Shown here: positions 38,901-56,243 of the stretch, piece after piece
Position numbering within the stretch: position 1 is the stretch's first letter
Layout of the letters: the number at the start of each line of letters is the position of its first letter
Assembly (NCBI GenBank): GCA_045837725.1
Contig: JBEWZL010000276.1
Location: 310,001-374,000, forward strand
Origin: Vermamoeba vermiformis
Taxonomy: Eukaryota
Direction of reading: 5' to 3'
Length of the DNA: 64,000 nt
Notes under the pieces: generated by a model
Told to the model about the DNA's origin: nothing
Database searches by the model: none
The model's input: the letters and a program-made list of their open reading frames with translations, nothing else
Program-made: the position numbers and the translations under genes

Positions 38901-41757
38901 GAAGACCGGAGGAGAGAGAGTTTGATATGGCCTCGCGGCCCGTCTACCGCGAGGGCGATATGACCGTCAAAAAGAAGTATCGCCTGATTGTCTTCTTGTT
39001 CTTCATCGACTACCTTCGCAAGCCCTCGCGACCCCTCGACATGAGCACCAAGACGGATATTGTCGTGCTCGTGCTGGAGATCATGCATCGCACTGGCATT
39101 GCTCCGAGCCCTGGTGGAGTGCCGCATCTGAACGACATTGAATGGCTGCGCGAAGAAGTTGGACAGCTCTACGATGAACTGATTGTGCGCCACGAGACCA
39201 GCACTTCCAAGGCCAAGCTGAACTACCTCAAAGCACTCGTTGAATTGATGCTCGCTATTCGTGCCATTGGCTGGGACACCTCAGCTGATGACATGGACGT
39301 CTTGTTGCCAGTGACATTGAGGTACGTAACTGATGGTGCAATGATGCGCATGTCTCACCGTGTACTAGTCCTACTCCAATTGCCACGTCAGACACACCAG
39401 TCATCACGACTGAACGCCTAGACAGCACTCAAACGATTGACAAGCCCAAAGTGACGGCCAATCACGTGTTCAATCCAGTGGTGCATCAGAGTGTCTTTCA
39501 TCAGATCAATCTGTGGACACGTGTCATTGAACAGTTGACACCGCACATGACTGACATTCCCAGTGCACTCGTGATTGAAGCGTTCATCTACAACAAGACA
39601 CGCCGCACCTTCAACTTCAAGTACGATACATGCGCATATAGAATGCCCTGACTAACTTCATTTGCAGAGTGGACAATGAGCCACACGAGGGCTCGTTCGA
39701 CATGTCGTCACGTGCGCGAGTAATTCCGCTCAACACATTCACACGCGACAAGCTCACTCTGTATCAAGTCAAAGAGGACAGCAAAGAGGCATTGAAGCTC
39801 GGCGAACAGAGCTATGTGAGTGGTCCAGTGGTGCACTATTCTATTCAGCCCCTCTCAGTCAGTACGTGCTCGCTGTACCTATTGAATCGAGCATCACTAA
39901 CAATTACTCCTGCCGTAGAAGAGAAACAACAGCTGTGCAGCATAGCACTGATTCCACAACTGGACTTTGATCAGAAAGCCAAGTGGATTCAAGACCCCGC
40001 ACTGCCCAATCTCCTGCGCGAGATTGCAGGCATCGATCAATTAGTCAGCACTGCGCTCAGCTCACCGCGCTCACCCGGGCGTAAAATCAAGCCCGGCTGT
40101 TCAGGACTGTGGCTGGTGCTCGTTGAACTCGTCGCGCTGTTGAACTGCAGACTGGACGAGAGCAACGATGTCACGAGTCCTTACGCTGTCTGGCCACATC
40201 TGCCGCTCAAAGAGAGTGAGAAAGTGTTGTACTCAGCCCTGTGGACTGCACTCGACCACGCGACAGACCCCAGCGCGCTATTGACACATTTGACAGCTGT
40301 CATCCACGTCTTGAACGGACTCGTTGAGCCAGTGTCAAACTTGTTCCAGCTCGAAGACGTGCACGATCAGACTTGGCGCACTGGCCACGCACTTCTCGCC
40401 TCACGCGCACTGTTGTTCCGCTCATTGAAGTGGTCCATCATTCAATCCGAGCTCAAATTGATGACTGACAGCGAGATTAGCGCTGATCCACCCGTGACGC
40501 TGGAGCTGAATCGATTCCTCACCGCTGCATTCAATCCGACGCAAAATAGCACAAGTTTAGGTATGCACAGCCCCCAACTAATATCGCACCTGACTAACCC
40601 TCGCGCAGATGAGAACTGCATCTTCCTGCAGGCCTATGCGCAGCTGAAGAATGTCGAGGCACACAAGCTGTTCAATCACAGCAAGTCGTGGCACGTCAAG
40701 TTCAAGAACGAAGAGGGCATTGACAGCGGTGGATTGTTCCGCGAGAGTCTGACATTGATCTGCAATGACTTGCAATCCAATCGGCTGCCCATCTTCATTC
40801 CCTGTCCCAATGCACAGCTCGCGGACAAGGCTGAAGGCAGTGGCCACAATCGCAACAAGTGGATCCCCAACCCCTCGTGTTCACACCCCAGATATCAAAA
40901 GCTCTACGAATTCGTGGGTCGATTGCTCGGTCTCGCGCTGTGGACTGACAACACACTGCCCCTCGATCTGCCTTCATTCGTGTGGAAGCCACTGCTGGGC
41001 CAAGAGCTGAGTCTCGATGACCTCAAAGACATTGACAGCTACTGCGGCGAGTGTCTCTCGTTCTTGACCTCTGATCGCGATGGAGATTTGACTGAGAACA
41101 ACTTTAACGACATCATCTTCGAGTACTTCCAAACAGTGTTGAGTGACGGCACTGTGGTCGATTTGAAACCGAACGGTGCTGAGATACCTGTCACTTATGC
41201 TAACCGACTTGAATACGTCAATCTCGTGCAAAAGACGAGACTACGCGAGAGTGCGAAACAGCTGCAATGGCTGCGTCAAGGTCTGTCGCAAGTAGTGCCA
41301 GTCGGTGCACTGTCACTGCTGTCGTGGTCAGAGCTGCAAGACAAAGTGACTGGTGTGCCGACCATTGACATTGACTTGCTCAGGGTATGGGATACTAATG
41401 CTGCACCACATGTCATATTTACTAATGTCTCTACAGCAACACACGCGCTACGAGCTGTTCGCGGAAGATGATCCAACGATTGTCATGTTCTGGAAGGTGT
41501 TGACAGCGATGCGACAACAAGAGCGACGCTTGTTCTTGCGCTTTGTGTGGGGCCGCGAGACACTGCCCTCACCACTGTACTGGCGCGAGGAGATGGTGGT
41601 CAGCAAACTGTTGGGCAAACACGATGAACTGCCACAATCTCATACGTGCTTCTTTGTGCTGAAACTGCCCACGTACAGCACCGAAGAGATCATGTCGCAG
41701 AAGTTAATTATGGCTATTACGCACACGCAGACTATAGACACTGATTTCAATCTGTAA
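29963..41757 (+). CDS. Giant HECT E3 ubiquitin ligase with a SPRY domain (HECTD4/HERC-like), many exons
   Basis: SPRY: FYFEVEV, FGHGDVVGCG, FWTLNG, ANFGQKPFLF. HECT: VKFKNEEGIDSGGLFRE, FLRFVWGR, LPQSHTCFFVLKLPTYS with the catalytic Cys. Confidence 0.9.
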
Positions 41758-41827
41758 TTATCTCTTGTACACAATGTATATAAAACAAATACTCGTTACT
41801 AATGTACAAGGTCCACCTTTAATTCAT

Positions 41828-44517
<2,690 letters not shown>

Positions 44518-44623
44518 GTTGTTATATATACATGTGGGTCGAAACTGAATCGTTTTTGGTGTAACTATCAGTTTTCCTTGTCGGACAATTAAATTTCTAC
44601 ATCTGACGCGTCAAACACAACCA

Positions 44624-45664
44624 ATGCGTGCTTTATATTTAATTGCTATCATCTGCGTGGCATTTGTCGCCGCTCAAAGCAGTTCCAGCAGCGCCACCAG
44701 CTCCGACTCCGTCACTGACAAAACTGAATTTCATGTGTCAGCCCAAGACGACAAGGACGGCTTCAGCTATTTTTACGTGAATAAGAACGGTAAATAATAG
44801 AAATATAACGCATTGTGAAAGCAAGCTTTAATGGTATACTTGAACAGGAAATGAGATTATGGTCGTTTATGGAGCTAAAGAAAAATTTAGCGCTGAACGA
44901 GAAACTGAAATATTAGAAGATATTAGGTAACATACGGAACAGAAATAATTTTTTTGTAATTTTTAGTTCGAAGTTGAATAGTAACTGATTTATTGAAATT
45001 TAGAAAACAGCACTCAGTTCCTTACGTGACCGAGACTAAATTCCAGTACGTGGGTATTGATAAGAAGACGGAGCAACAGACCTGCTCGCACAGTCACTCA
45101 CACGATCACCATCACCACGACCATGACCACGACCATGACCACGACCACCATGATCACGAGCACGAGCATGAACACGAACACGTGCACGGCCCTGGCTGCA
45201 CTCACAGTCACGAGCACAAACACGAGGACAACAAAGACTCGGCCAAGAGCAGCACTGAGAGTGACAGCAGCAGTGAGAAAGTGACCGAACACAAGCACGA
45301 TGAAGAGAAGAAATCCAGCGCTGAGAAGACAGTTGATCACGAACACGAGCACAAGCACAAAGAACAGCACGAGGACGAGCACGGTCATCATCACTCGAAC
45401 ACGCACGAGCACTCGCACGATCACTCGCACGCCCACTCTCATTCTCATTCACACTCGCACGGCGGTCACTCGCACAGCCACTCGCATTCACACGAACACC
45501 ACGAGCACTCGCATCACCATCACTCGGTAGGTCCCACTGACTAATCACTCCTTCATAATTCTCATTATCCGCACTAGCACCATCACCACGAGAGCTTCGG
45601 TTCCAACAACATCAATCCCAACTCATTTGGTGCTGCCAAGCCTCGTCCTCCACCCAAGAAATAA
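44624..45664 (+). CDS. Secreted histidine-rich protein, 4 exons
   Basis: MRALYLIAIICVAFVAAQ signal peptide; (HD)n, (HE)n and (HS)n tracts. Confidence 0.75.
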
Positions 45665-45749
45665 CTTCGTTCAAGCAATAGATTCACGCTGTTAGTAAAT
45701 TACGTGTTTACCTGATACGACGACGAGTGGTATATACAAAATTTGAGTA

Positions 45750-47280
45750 TTAAGCAATGTTGAGGGTCTGCACACCAAACAGCGATGACAGCGACTCTTC
45801 GTTGTGAATGCGTCGAATAGCCTCACCGAGCAAATAAGCAATGGACTTGACTTGAATCTTGGGGATCAACTTCTCGGGGGTCAGTGGAATGGAGTCTGTG
45901 ACGAGTATCTCATCGACCTGCGCGATGTTAGAATACTGACAGGACTAGTATATGACAAGGACTTGCCTCGCTGGCTTGCAATCGTTCCATGTCTCCTGAG
46001 AGCACTGCGTGAGTGGCACAGGCGTACACGTGTTTGGCACCGTGCTTTTTGAGAATTTCAGCTGAAGTGATCAATCGATTGCCTGGACTGTAGTTAGCGT
46101 AGTACTAGTGATAGCATATTGTCTATTGTCCTCTTCGTACCCGTGTCAATCATGTCGTCAACAATCACTGCATTCTCTTCAATAGTGCCGACAACATTCA
46201 TCACGCGCATTCCGTTCTCAATGCGGTTCTCAAGTAGGGCAATCTTCATGCCCAGATACTTTGCAATTCTTCTAGCGCGACGAGCACCACCTAAAAGTGG
46301 CATATAAGACCCTGTAAGAGCTCAAGTTTGACACGTTGACACGTACCAACATCAGGGGCAACAACGACAGTGTTGGTCTCAGTGAACTTCTTCTCGCGCA
46401 TGTAATCAATCACTAACGAGTCCGGCAACAAATTGTCGACGGGAATGTTGAAAAATCCTTGAATTTGATCGGCGTGGAGGTCTAAAAACAGAATTCGATC
46501 GGGGCCTGCTGCGGTAATCAGATCAGCGACCAACTGGCAAATAGTTAGTTAATAATACATGTATTAAGTGGAACATGTACTGACCTTGGCGGAAATAGGT
46601 TCTCTCGGGCCGTGCTTGCCTAAATTAGGAAATTAGTTCGGACAGCACTAATGTATTCGGCAAATTTTATCAATAAAATCAAGCTGGTACGTTATTTTAA
46701 ACAATAAATGTTAGCCGCTGAAGTACTTACGATCTTGCCTGCTGTAGCCAAAATAGGGAATGACAACTGTAATTCTCTTAGCGGAAGATCTCTTGAGCGC
46801 ATCCAACATGATCAATAACTCCATTAAATTGTCGTTCACTGGTGGGCATGTTGGCTATAATAAAATTAATACCAAATTATTATCGAAACGCAAGGTAAAA
46901 TAATTTACAAATTATCCTTGATATTTTTAAATAATACTGTAACCACAAGAATATAAAATAAGTATTTGTGTTGACAATAATAATATGTATTTACATCATA
47001 AAAATTATTATTGTTCACAGAAATATCAAGATCTGACACTAAATAATCTGTTTTCGAATGCCGGAATGATTATTGATCGTACCTGAATAAGGAATATATC
47101 AGCACCTCGCACATTCTCTTGGATTCTGACACGAGACTCCCCATCCGGAAACCGATCCACGATAGCTTGACCAAGCTCCTTGCCCACTGCCTTGCAAATC
47201 GATTTAGCTAGCGATGGATTCGCATTACAAGTGAATAATTTGAGCATGTTTGAAGAGCTGTCGTTGTCAGATGTGTTCAT
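45750..47280 (-). CDS. PRPS: Ribose-phosphate pyrophosphokinase, multi-exon
   Basis: [53 protein letters not shown]. Confidence 0.96.
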
Positions 47281-47495
47281 GCAATCAATTTTTAATAATA
47301 TTTTGCCTCCACAAGCCAAGCGTCGCAATTCACAGTTGCATCGACCCGACAGCTGCGTTAGGAGTATAGTCCACTCGTGGCAATGCCAATGTAATTCAAG
47401 TCCTATTTATTTACAAGTCGTATTGTACAAAGTTAATCCGACTCGTTCCGCTCCAAACAGTACGATCAGCTCTTATTGGCTAGTGCACATATGGC

Positions 47496-48406
47496 CTAAA
47501 CTCGCTCAGAGAATCGTTGTCGCATCTCACGCAACAGCACGGGCAAGTTGTTGGACTTGTTGTACTTGGCTTCAAGATCGGTTACTTCAACGGGTGGCTG
47601 AGTGTCCTCGACTGATGCACAGAAATTAGCTATTAGCCTAATAGGCCACGCGTAGGTATGTACTTACTCTTGCAGACATCATTAGCATCGAGGCGCATCA
47701 AGAACCAGAACTCGCGCTCAGGTTGGTTGTGGTCGATCAAGGTGAAGGTGAAGCGCATACGAGCGTCTGTTGTTAATAAGTCATATTAATACTCGCAATA
47801 TAGCACGCCAATGAGCCGAAGAGCACTTACCACCAATAGACTCAAAGCTCAAGCCAAGACGTTCTTTGTACAAAGCTATCGCGCCAAGCAACTGTTGGAC
47901 CTTCTCTTTGCGACTGCGTTCAATCTCTTCCATTTTAGCTCTCTTTGCCTCGAGGAGATCTTCTTCGTGCTTGGTCTCGCGCTTGTAAGTATCGAGCTTC
48001 TCAGGCAAACCTCGTTGCTTTTCACGAAGTTTGTCGACAGAGCGCTGCAGATTCTCAATTGCAATATTTTCCTTGTCCATCTCTGCGGTAAACATCAATA
48101 ATACGGTCGATTACAGGATCAACTGCCGAGAAATAAGTCGTACCTCGTCGAATCTGGTCAGCGGTGCCTTGATATTTCTTCTCCAGCTTCAAAAGTTCTT
48201 GCTTTTGCTCTAATTAATTTTATAATTAATTACTCGAATTATTATACGTCACTTATAGATAACAAACCTTCGTGGGTCGCAACGGCTTGCTTGTATTGAC
48301 GAATCCCGTTTTGAACTAATGTCTTTTGTTCAGTCAAGGGCTTGCCGAAAGCATTGCGGAATGATTTCAAGTGCTCGTTAAAGGTGTGTAATTCTTCGGC
48401 GTTCAT
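47496..48406 (-). CDS. SPC25: Kinetochore Ndc80-complex subunit Spc25
   Basis: N-terminal coiled coil, then YKERLGLSFE, MRFTFTLIDHNQPEREFWF and LLREMRQRF. Confidence 0.8.
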
Positions 48407-48587
48407 TCTCGTGTTGTTGGTGTCTGTATCGTTGTACAACAATAATAATCGATTCAAAATTTTGTAACGGTCATCAGACTGTTTCGGCGGGAAAGAGTTT
48501 TGTTGCCAATTTTGGACAGCTAATAAGCTCTAGCGCTCTGTGAATAGTCGTCAATTTTTTTCGTAGTTGTGATTGCGACAACGAACA

Positions 48588-51166
48588 ATGAAGTACTTCT
48601 TTATAGTCGACGAGGCATGTACTCCATTGTTTTCCAACCATCCAAATCCGACGATCGCTCCACTGATGATGGCGTCGACGCATTTCTTTGCGGAGTCATT
48701 TTCAGAGGTATCTTCGCTGCTACTGTGCGAGGACGGTACTAAGATGGTCTTTCAGCGTGTATGTATCGAGATCCGTGATCAAATGTCAAATTCAATATTT
48801 CCAATTTAGAATAATAATTAATAATTATTGTAACATATTATATGTATAAAAACGAATATTCGTAACGTTATTATTCACTTAATCTTGCATTGGAATTTTC
48901 TGACCTGATTTTCAATTAATTTAAATATTCGTTCAGTATTCAACGCTGTATATATTGGTCACTAGCGATCAAGGCGAGTCAGAAGCATTTCTTAGAACAC
49001 AAATCAATACGTTGTATCATTTATTATTGATGGAATATGGTCCAACACGTCTTTACGATCGCAATTCACTTGCCAATGGTTACTGGAACAAACAAGAGCG
49101 GCGGATTCGCAGACTGATCGATACAATGTGCCATTTATGCGACACTCGACAGAGTTTTCTCGTGCAAGCGATCGAAGAGCTGCTGCGAAACAATTCAAAC
49201 TCGGAAGTGAAGAACGACATCAACAACTACCTGCTGCAGGCTTTGAAGAGGACACCTAAGGCCACGCATGCACTGTTGTTCGTAGGCACACAACTGCTCG
49301 CGCAAGCATCGGCACCCAAAGCATTTGAGTTGACTACCGCTGATGTGCTCTTGTTGATAATTTACTTCTACAGCCGATTTCAAGACAACGGTATTGTGCT
49401 ATTATAGTGATCTATGATCTTCATATATTGACTTTTAATAACAGATTCTTCGAGTGACACGGAGACACTTGTTGAAGATGATTCGTCCACTGGTAAGTGC
49501 GCACTCAGTGAATGAACGTCGTATTAACGATCTCGTGCACAGTGTCGAATGAAGAAGGTTATGTTTCAGCTGAGGAAGGCAACGAGGAAGAGGCTGAAGT
49601 AAAGTACGAGTTATTAAAGATAGACTATTAAGACAAGTACTAATTATTGTTGGCAGCATGGAGGCCTTGAGACGCATGAAAGAACAAGTGCAGAGCGGTG
49701 TTTGTGTAGGCACGCACGGCGAGATTGTAAGTCAGATAATCAATTGCGTGAAACATCCACTCATAGCACGACAGGTCGAAGTTATTCAACGCATTCTCAA
49801 GTCTCGTGGATTCTTCAAAGGCGAGGTTGATGGCGTGTACAGCGACATTATGCAGATCTCTGTCGTGGAATATCAGCGCTCTCACCGCTTACCTTCGATT
49901 GGCATGATTGACACTGACACACTCAAGCTCATGGCTAAGGAACAGGGCATTGATGTACGTGCTTAAGGCTGACTACTGATCGTGTAAATTAATCATTTTT
50001 AGCCCGCTGACAAGAAGACTCTTGTGCCCGTGAGAACATTGCAACAAGTGCTGGAGCTCACATTCAACGACGACTCCATTCAGAGACGGCAGTGACTCCA
50101 CTTCATTCACCCCAGCCATGTCCCTGTTCCAATCCAATCTTCCAGTATGTCATTGTTACTGAACGTCTTAAAGCACACCATATTAATATACATTGACTAG
50201 GGATTCATGGAGAAGAGTGCCTTGCAAGAGGTATCACCGGGTTCATCAGTCTCGCCCTCGCCCTACTCCTCTTCACAGTCCTCGCAAGCTGACAGCTCGT
50301 ACCGCACACCACAAGGACCTGGCATCAAGAAGCGACCACAACCAGCACCACAGACGTCAAGTGATGACACGCCCCAGCCCCCACTCTGGTCGCACTTGTT
50401 CTTCCGCACTCCTCGTCATGCCCCGTGCTGGGTGTGCTGCTTTCAACTGCACAAGTCCATCACACTCGTCTTGATCTGTCGCAATGTGCCACAGCCGCTT
50501 GAAGAAGACAAAGAAATGATGGCTAATGCCGCTGAACTCGTGCGCCGCTCACTGATGGTGAATTACGTGGACTTTGTGCTGAGTTTGGAGAACACGCACA
50601 CGATCATCAACTACATCAATCAGATACCTGGTCTCGTGCACTTCATTCTCGTTGACCGTGCATACAACCGTGTGCTCGCGCCAGTGATTACACCGCTGAC
50701 TGGTGCCAACACGAATCATTCGCCTGAGGCCACGAACAAGATGTTTGAAGTGCTGAAGATGAAAGTGTGGGACATGACTTACCAAGCACAGGACTTCCTT
50801 AGTAAAGGTATGTAATGAAATTTAGGTTCGTGACTGTTGGACAATATATTAATCCTTCGATTAGGCTTCACGGATATGATGGTGAAGAAAGGTCATTTCG
50901 TGTACTGCTACAAGCTGTGGTTCGAAGACAACAGCGACAGAATATTGCCAATTAAGGAAAGTATCTCAGTAGAGGCCAAGCCAATCATCAATCGCGAGTT
51001 CTACAAGAAGTTGCAGTCCCGATTGCTGTCCAACAGACAACAACACAAGTTCTACGAGCTGTACAGTCTCTTTTTAGGCTGTTTGCCCACCAAGGTCATT
51101 GAACAGCAGAATCAGCTCTTGATCTCCGTGCTGCTCGGCAGACAGACGAACAACCTGTTAGAATAG
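48588..51166 (+). CDS. HPS1: HPS1-like (BLOC-3, longin-fold GEF subunit) with an internal peptidoglycan-binding-like domain
   Basis: GESEAFLRTQI...LLMEYGP, FLVQAIEEL, HALLFVGTQLL, PGLVHFILVDR, YCYKLWFED, YELYSLFLG. Confidence 0.8.
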
Positions 51167-51271
51167 TGCTCTAGCACAGTGTTTTTGTACAATTGTAAAT
51201 AATAATTGTGATGATAGAACAACCTATTGACACGTTCTGTTTGGTATCTAACACTAATTTTATTTGGACTG

Positions 51272-52328
<1,057 letters not shown>

Positions 52329-52470
52329 GGTGTTAGTGTCTGGTAATATAATTATTTAATATTAATTGAAAGCAAGCCGCAGATTTTTCAACTGAGCGCG
52401 AGGAAATTTCGTTTTTTTTTAAGTTTAATACAAGCCACTAACACACTAATATAACAATACGGCATGGTCT

Positions 52471-54543
52471 TCATTTACGGTTCACCAACAGCTCTTGCAA
52501 CTCATCGAGCACTGCTTTGGTGATAGCGGCATGCTGCAACAACCCCTACAGATCACAGCAAGTTAGACAGGCCTTAAATAATCAACGACTCGATATATGT
52601 GGCACGTACTTTACACTCTTCATATTCCCAGAACTCGCCGAATGCACCAATCAGGTGATAGAACTCGCTCACGTAACCAAGCGCGGCGTACTCGACCAAC
52701 TTGTCGTGCATGCGCAGTTGATACGCGTGGCGCTCTTCTTGCGTGCTCATCGCCTTCAATTTGGCACTGAACTTGTCACCGCCGTGGAGGAACACTTGTC
52801 TGATCGCAAGTGACTTAGTACTAGAGTGCTAATGTATTTCGTATTGAAGTCTACGCACCTGAACTGTTTGTACTGCAACAGACCCTTGTCGCGCTCAGCA
52901 TTGGTGTTCGCAGGCATGTTGTCACAGTCACTCAACGCGTGATCGCGCTGCAACAACACTGTCTCGTGCGGCAACTCTCCTATGTAGAACTCATTGCCTG
53001 TCAGTCATGTTAGCTATTAATTAACGAAGATAAGTGACACTAGGACGTACCGAACAACAAATACGAATCAACTACTGGCTCGCGCGAGGTCACTTGTCCA
53101 TCCTTGTCCTGCGTGATGGCGTAGAATAATTTGTCGGTGAATTTCAGTTCAAATGTGTGACAGATCGAGTAGAGGGTGACGGCGTCGTAGATCCAGCAGA
53201 ATGTTTTTTCAGTGATCGTGAACCAGCGTGCCAAATAATTCCTCAAATACACGAGCAGTGCGGTGGTCTGTGCGTGCTGTTAGAAACAAGTGCGAGGTAG
53301 TGAGTTCAATGAGCCCGTACCTTGTCATAAGGCTGCAAGTACCATTGTTTGGCGGCATTTTCAACAGCGTTAGGCGCGATGGTCATGACTACAATAGCCG
53401 AACGTTCATATCCGTACGTGAAGAGCCACTCAGTGAGCTCCAGATCCGCATCGAACTTGAGCAAAAATGGAAAGTTCCTCGAATTAGCTTGATTGAACCA
53501 TTTGCCCAACAAACTGAGTATACTCAAGTATTAGACATCAACTATATTAATTATATGTGCATACCAAATGCTCGGAGCGTTAGACAGCAATAGTTTGCCC
53601 AATATTTCGGGGTGTTTGGCGCCGTTGATCAGCAAATATTTCAAGTTCAATTGTTCAGCTGCAAATGATCGATTAATACCATGAAATCTCAAGTTATATC
53701 TCGCGCACTACATACGTGTCGATTCAGCCATGATTTTCTTGAACAGCTGCGTGCCCTGTTCATTCTTGTACTCTTCAATCGGCTTGGCTCTGTTGCGCTC
53801 TTCACGTCGCGAGAACACGCGTTCAATCTGATACCATAGACTGCGTTAGTATGGAGCATAGACATCACAACTGGTTTCATGAACGGGCTGCAAGTCACGG
53901 TACCTTGAGCGGCAAGACAGGCTCGATGAGTCGTGGCATGAAGAGGTAGCGCGAGAGGTCGTGGCCGTTGAGCATTGTGTAGCCCTGCGCAATGTTGGCG
54001 AGACAGTTGGCAAAACATTGAAGGCGCTCGTGCGTCGTGTTGTTGATCACTTTCTACGGCAGATCTGCATCAGAATCGTCATAATAATAATGAATAAGAG
54101 ACTTACCATAACATAACCACTCTTCCAGTCAGTGAGCACGTAATGTTCGGGATGATCTGGCTCCAACAGCTCTATGAACGCTTGTTCTGCTTCTTGTGCG
54201 CGTCCAGCCATTTTTTTAACCAGTTTTTTGTCATAATCTTGCATAAATTTGCGTTTCCATAGTGAATTGTCGGAAGTACACACATAGAACTGCTTACTGA
54301 CCTGAAAAAAATAAGAAAATTCAGATGTGGTTCTGTAAGGCAATTTCTAGTAGTCTTAGCTAAGATGAATGATATAGTCAGGCAAGAAAAATATCAAAAA
54401 TAAATCGGAAGCTAATTTGCAGGGTCGATCCAAAGCTCTTTACTTACGGTTGCCGCCTTCGCAATTTCTTTGGCAGATAGATAGGCCAGTACAACAACGA
54501 CCATATCATTAGGCAATATATGCCAGTGGCTTTCGAGTTCCAT
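52471..54543 (-). CDS. F-box protein with an unrecognised C-terminal region, many exons
   Basis: LPNDMVVVVLAYLSAKEIAKAATVSKQFYVCTSDNSLWKRKF after splicing. Confidence 0.75.
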
Positions 54544-54660
54544 CTCTAAAGTGGTGCTCTACTTTAAATTTTTCGTTTATGAATTTTAGAACTGTCAAAA
54601 AAATCTTACGCACGTTGATAATCTTTTTTTTTATTCTTTATAAGAACGATCACGAGTCAA

Positions 54661-55699
54661 ATGAGTGACGAACAATTGGCTACACCGAGTACCAGCAAAG
54701 CTTCGCTTAAAGATCTGAAAGAAACTTTTGATTTTTTTGATAGCGATGATTCACAGACAATTACGCGTCAAGAACTCGAATATGTAGTGCTATTAATGGG
54801 TGGCAGGTATGTATATAATACAATTAAATGTTAATATCGGCTTCGGTTAATTAACGACGATTTATTAATAGTACAACGAAAGAAAATCTGGATGAGCTGA
54901 TGAACATGCTCGATGTAAAGGACCACGATGGTAAAGTAGTAAGTAATAAATTAGTTTCTAATTTATTTTACTATTTTTAACAATATTTGTCAGGAATGGG
55001 CTGAATTTGAACAAGCGTGGAACGATCCGAAGGTCCGCGAGAGGTTCCAAAAAGAAACTAAGAATGTAAGTATGATGCATCGGCTATATAAATAATATTT
55101 TTATTGAAACAATCAATTAGAGTCAAGTTTGGCCGACTGCAGACGTAGGTGAAAAATCCGGCAGAATTATTATCCGAATGGACGTGCCCGGATTAAAGGC
55201 GGATAGGTATATATACTATCACACAGTAATATACTATATATTTATTAACACGATCACATAGTTTAATGATGCAGTTCCACGGCACATGTCTGCTTATTAC
55301 GGGTGAGCGAGAAATCAAAAAAATGGACGTGTATCACTCGCAAGGCATGTAGAATCATAATATGGTTATACGGGCAATATATTAATACTAATATTTGTAT
55401 AAAGAACGATTTGATGGCAAGTTTGCGAGGTAAGTACTGGCGGCTAATTTAGGAACTAATTAATTAATTGGACTTAACGCAGATTAATTGATATTCCGAA
55501 GCCTGTAAAGAAAAAGACATTAAAGGCTAAAGTCAAGAACGGCATATTGACCGTCAAGATCAAAATTAAGCCAGATCAACCAGCCCCCTCCGTTATCTTG
55601 GTCGAATTCAAACACAAAAACAACTCTGAAAGCAATACTAATACCAATAGCGATAATAATAAGGCCGGTAATAATACAGAGGAGTCTAAAGAGCAATAA
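54661..55699 (+). CDS. EF-hand pair fused to an Hsp20/alpha-crystallin domain, 7 short exons, absent from the ORF track
   Basis: LKETFDFFDSDDSQTITRQEL and LDVKDHDGKVEWAEF, then PTADVGE...IRMDVPGL, LLITGER, ERFDGKFAR, KAKVKNGILTVKI. Confidence 0.8.
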
Positions 55700-55719
55700 A
55701 AGTACAGCCAAGTTATTTA
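55602..55719 (+). repeat. Direct repeat copy 1 (118 bp; 3' end of the EF-hand/Hsp20 gene)
   Basis: Aligns to 57603-57719 with 6 substitutions and 1 indel. Confidence 0.95.
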
Positions 55720-56243
55720 TTTTTACTTCAACAAGAACGTCTCACAAACTGAACTTCAGCAAATTAGGATGATCTTTCATTCGTGCGTGAATAGTATTTA
55801 AATTTGATTTGGAAATTGTTGCTATTCGATGTCCTAGTTTCGCATTTATTGGTTTCACACAAAAAAATATCTTCACATAGTGCCGTGCTGAAACGCGCAA
55901 TCGTCCGTCGGAGCCCTTGTAGCGCAATATACTGGCCCCGTGATCGGTGAGATCGTGACACATGGCAGTTTGATTGGGCACGGTGAATGCTTGCAACGCT
56001 TGTGCCGAGAACGTACAGTCTGCGTCAGAGCTCTTTGCACTTCAACCCAGAGAAGCTTTGGGATAGCTACGAGAGTAGTCTGCTTGTCAAATTTAACGAT
56101 GAACGAGACTGCCTTCGGATTGGCAGCGACATTCAACCCAACAAGGAGTCCGTGGCTTTGGTCGTCAGAGTTCAAAAAAGTGTTCCATATCGCCTGAAAG
56201 CACAGAACAGAAACAGCCGCAGTTGTTTATTTTGCTTCAATTA

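Noticed and set aside
45036-45548. Long antisense ORFs over the His-rich gene and over acidic tracts elsewhere
   Set aside because: Shadow frames of low-complexity coding sequence
55742-56240. Transposase or second gene inside the insert
   Set aside because: Short overlapping ORFs with no recognisable motif; no terminal inverted repeats seen
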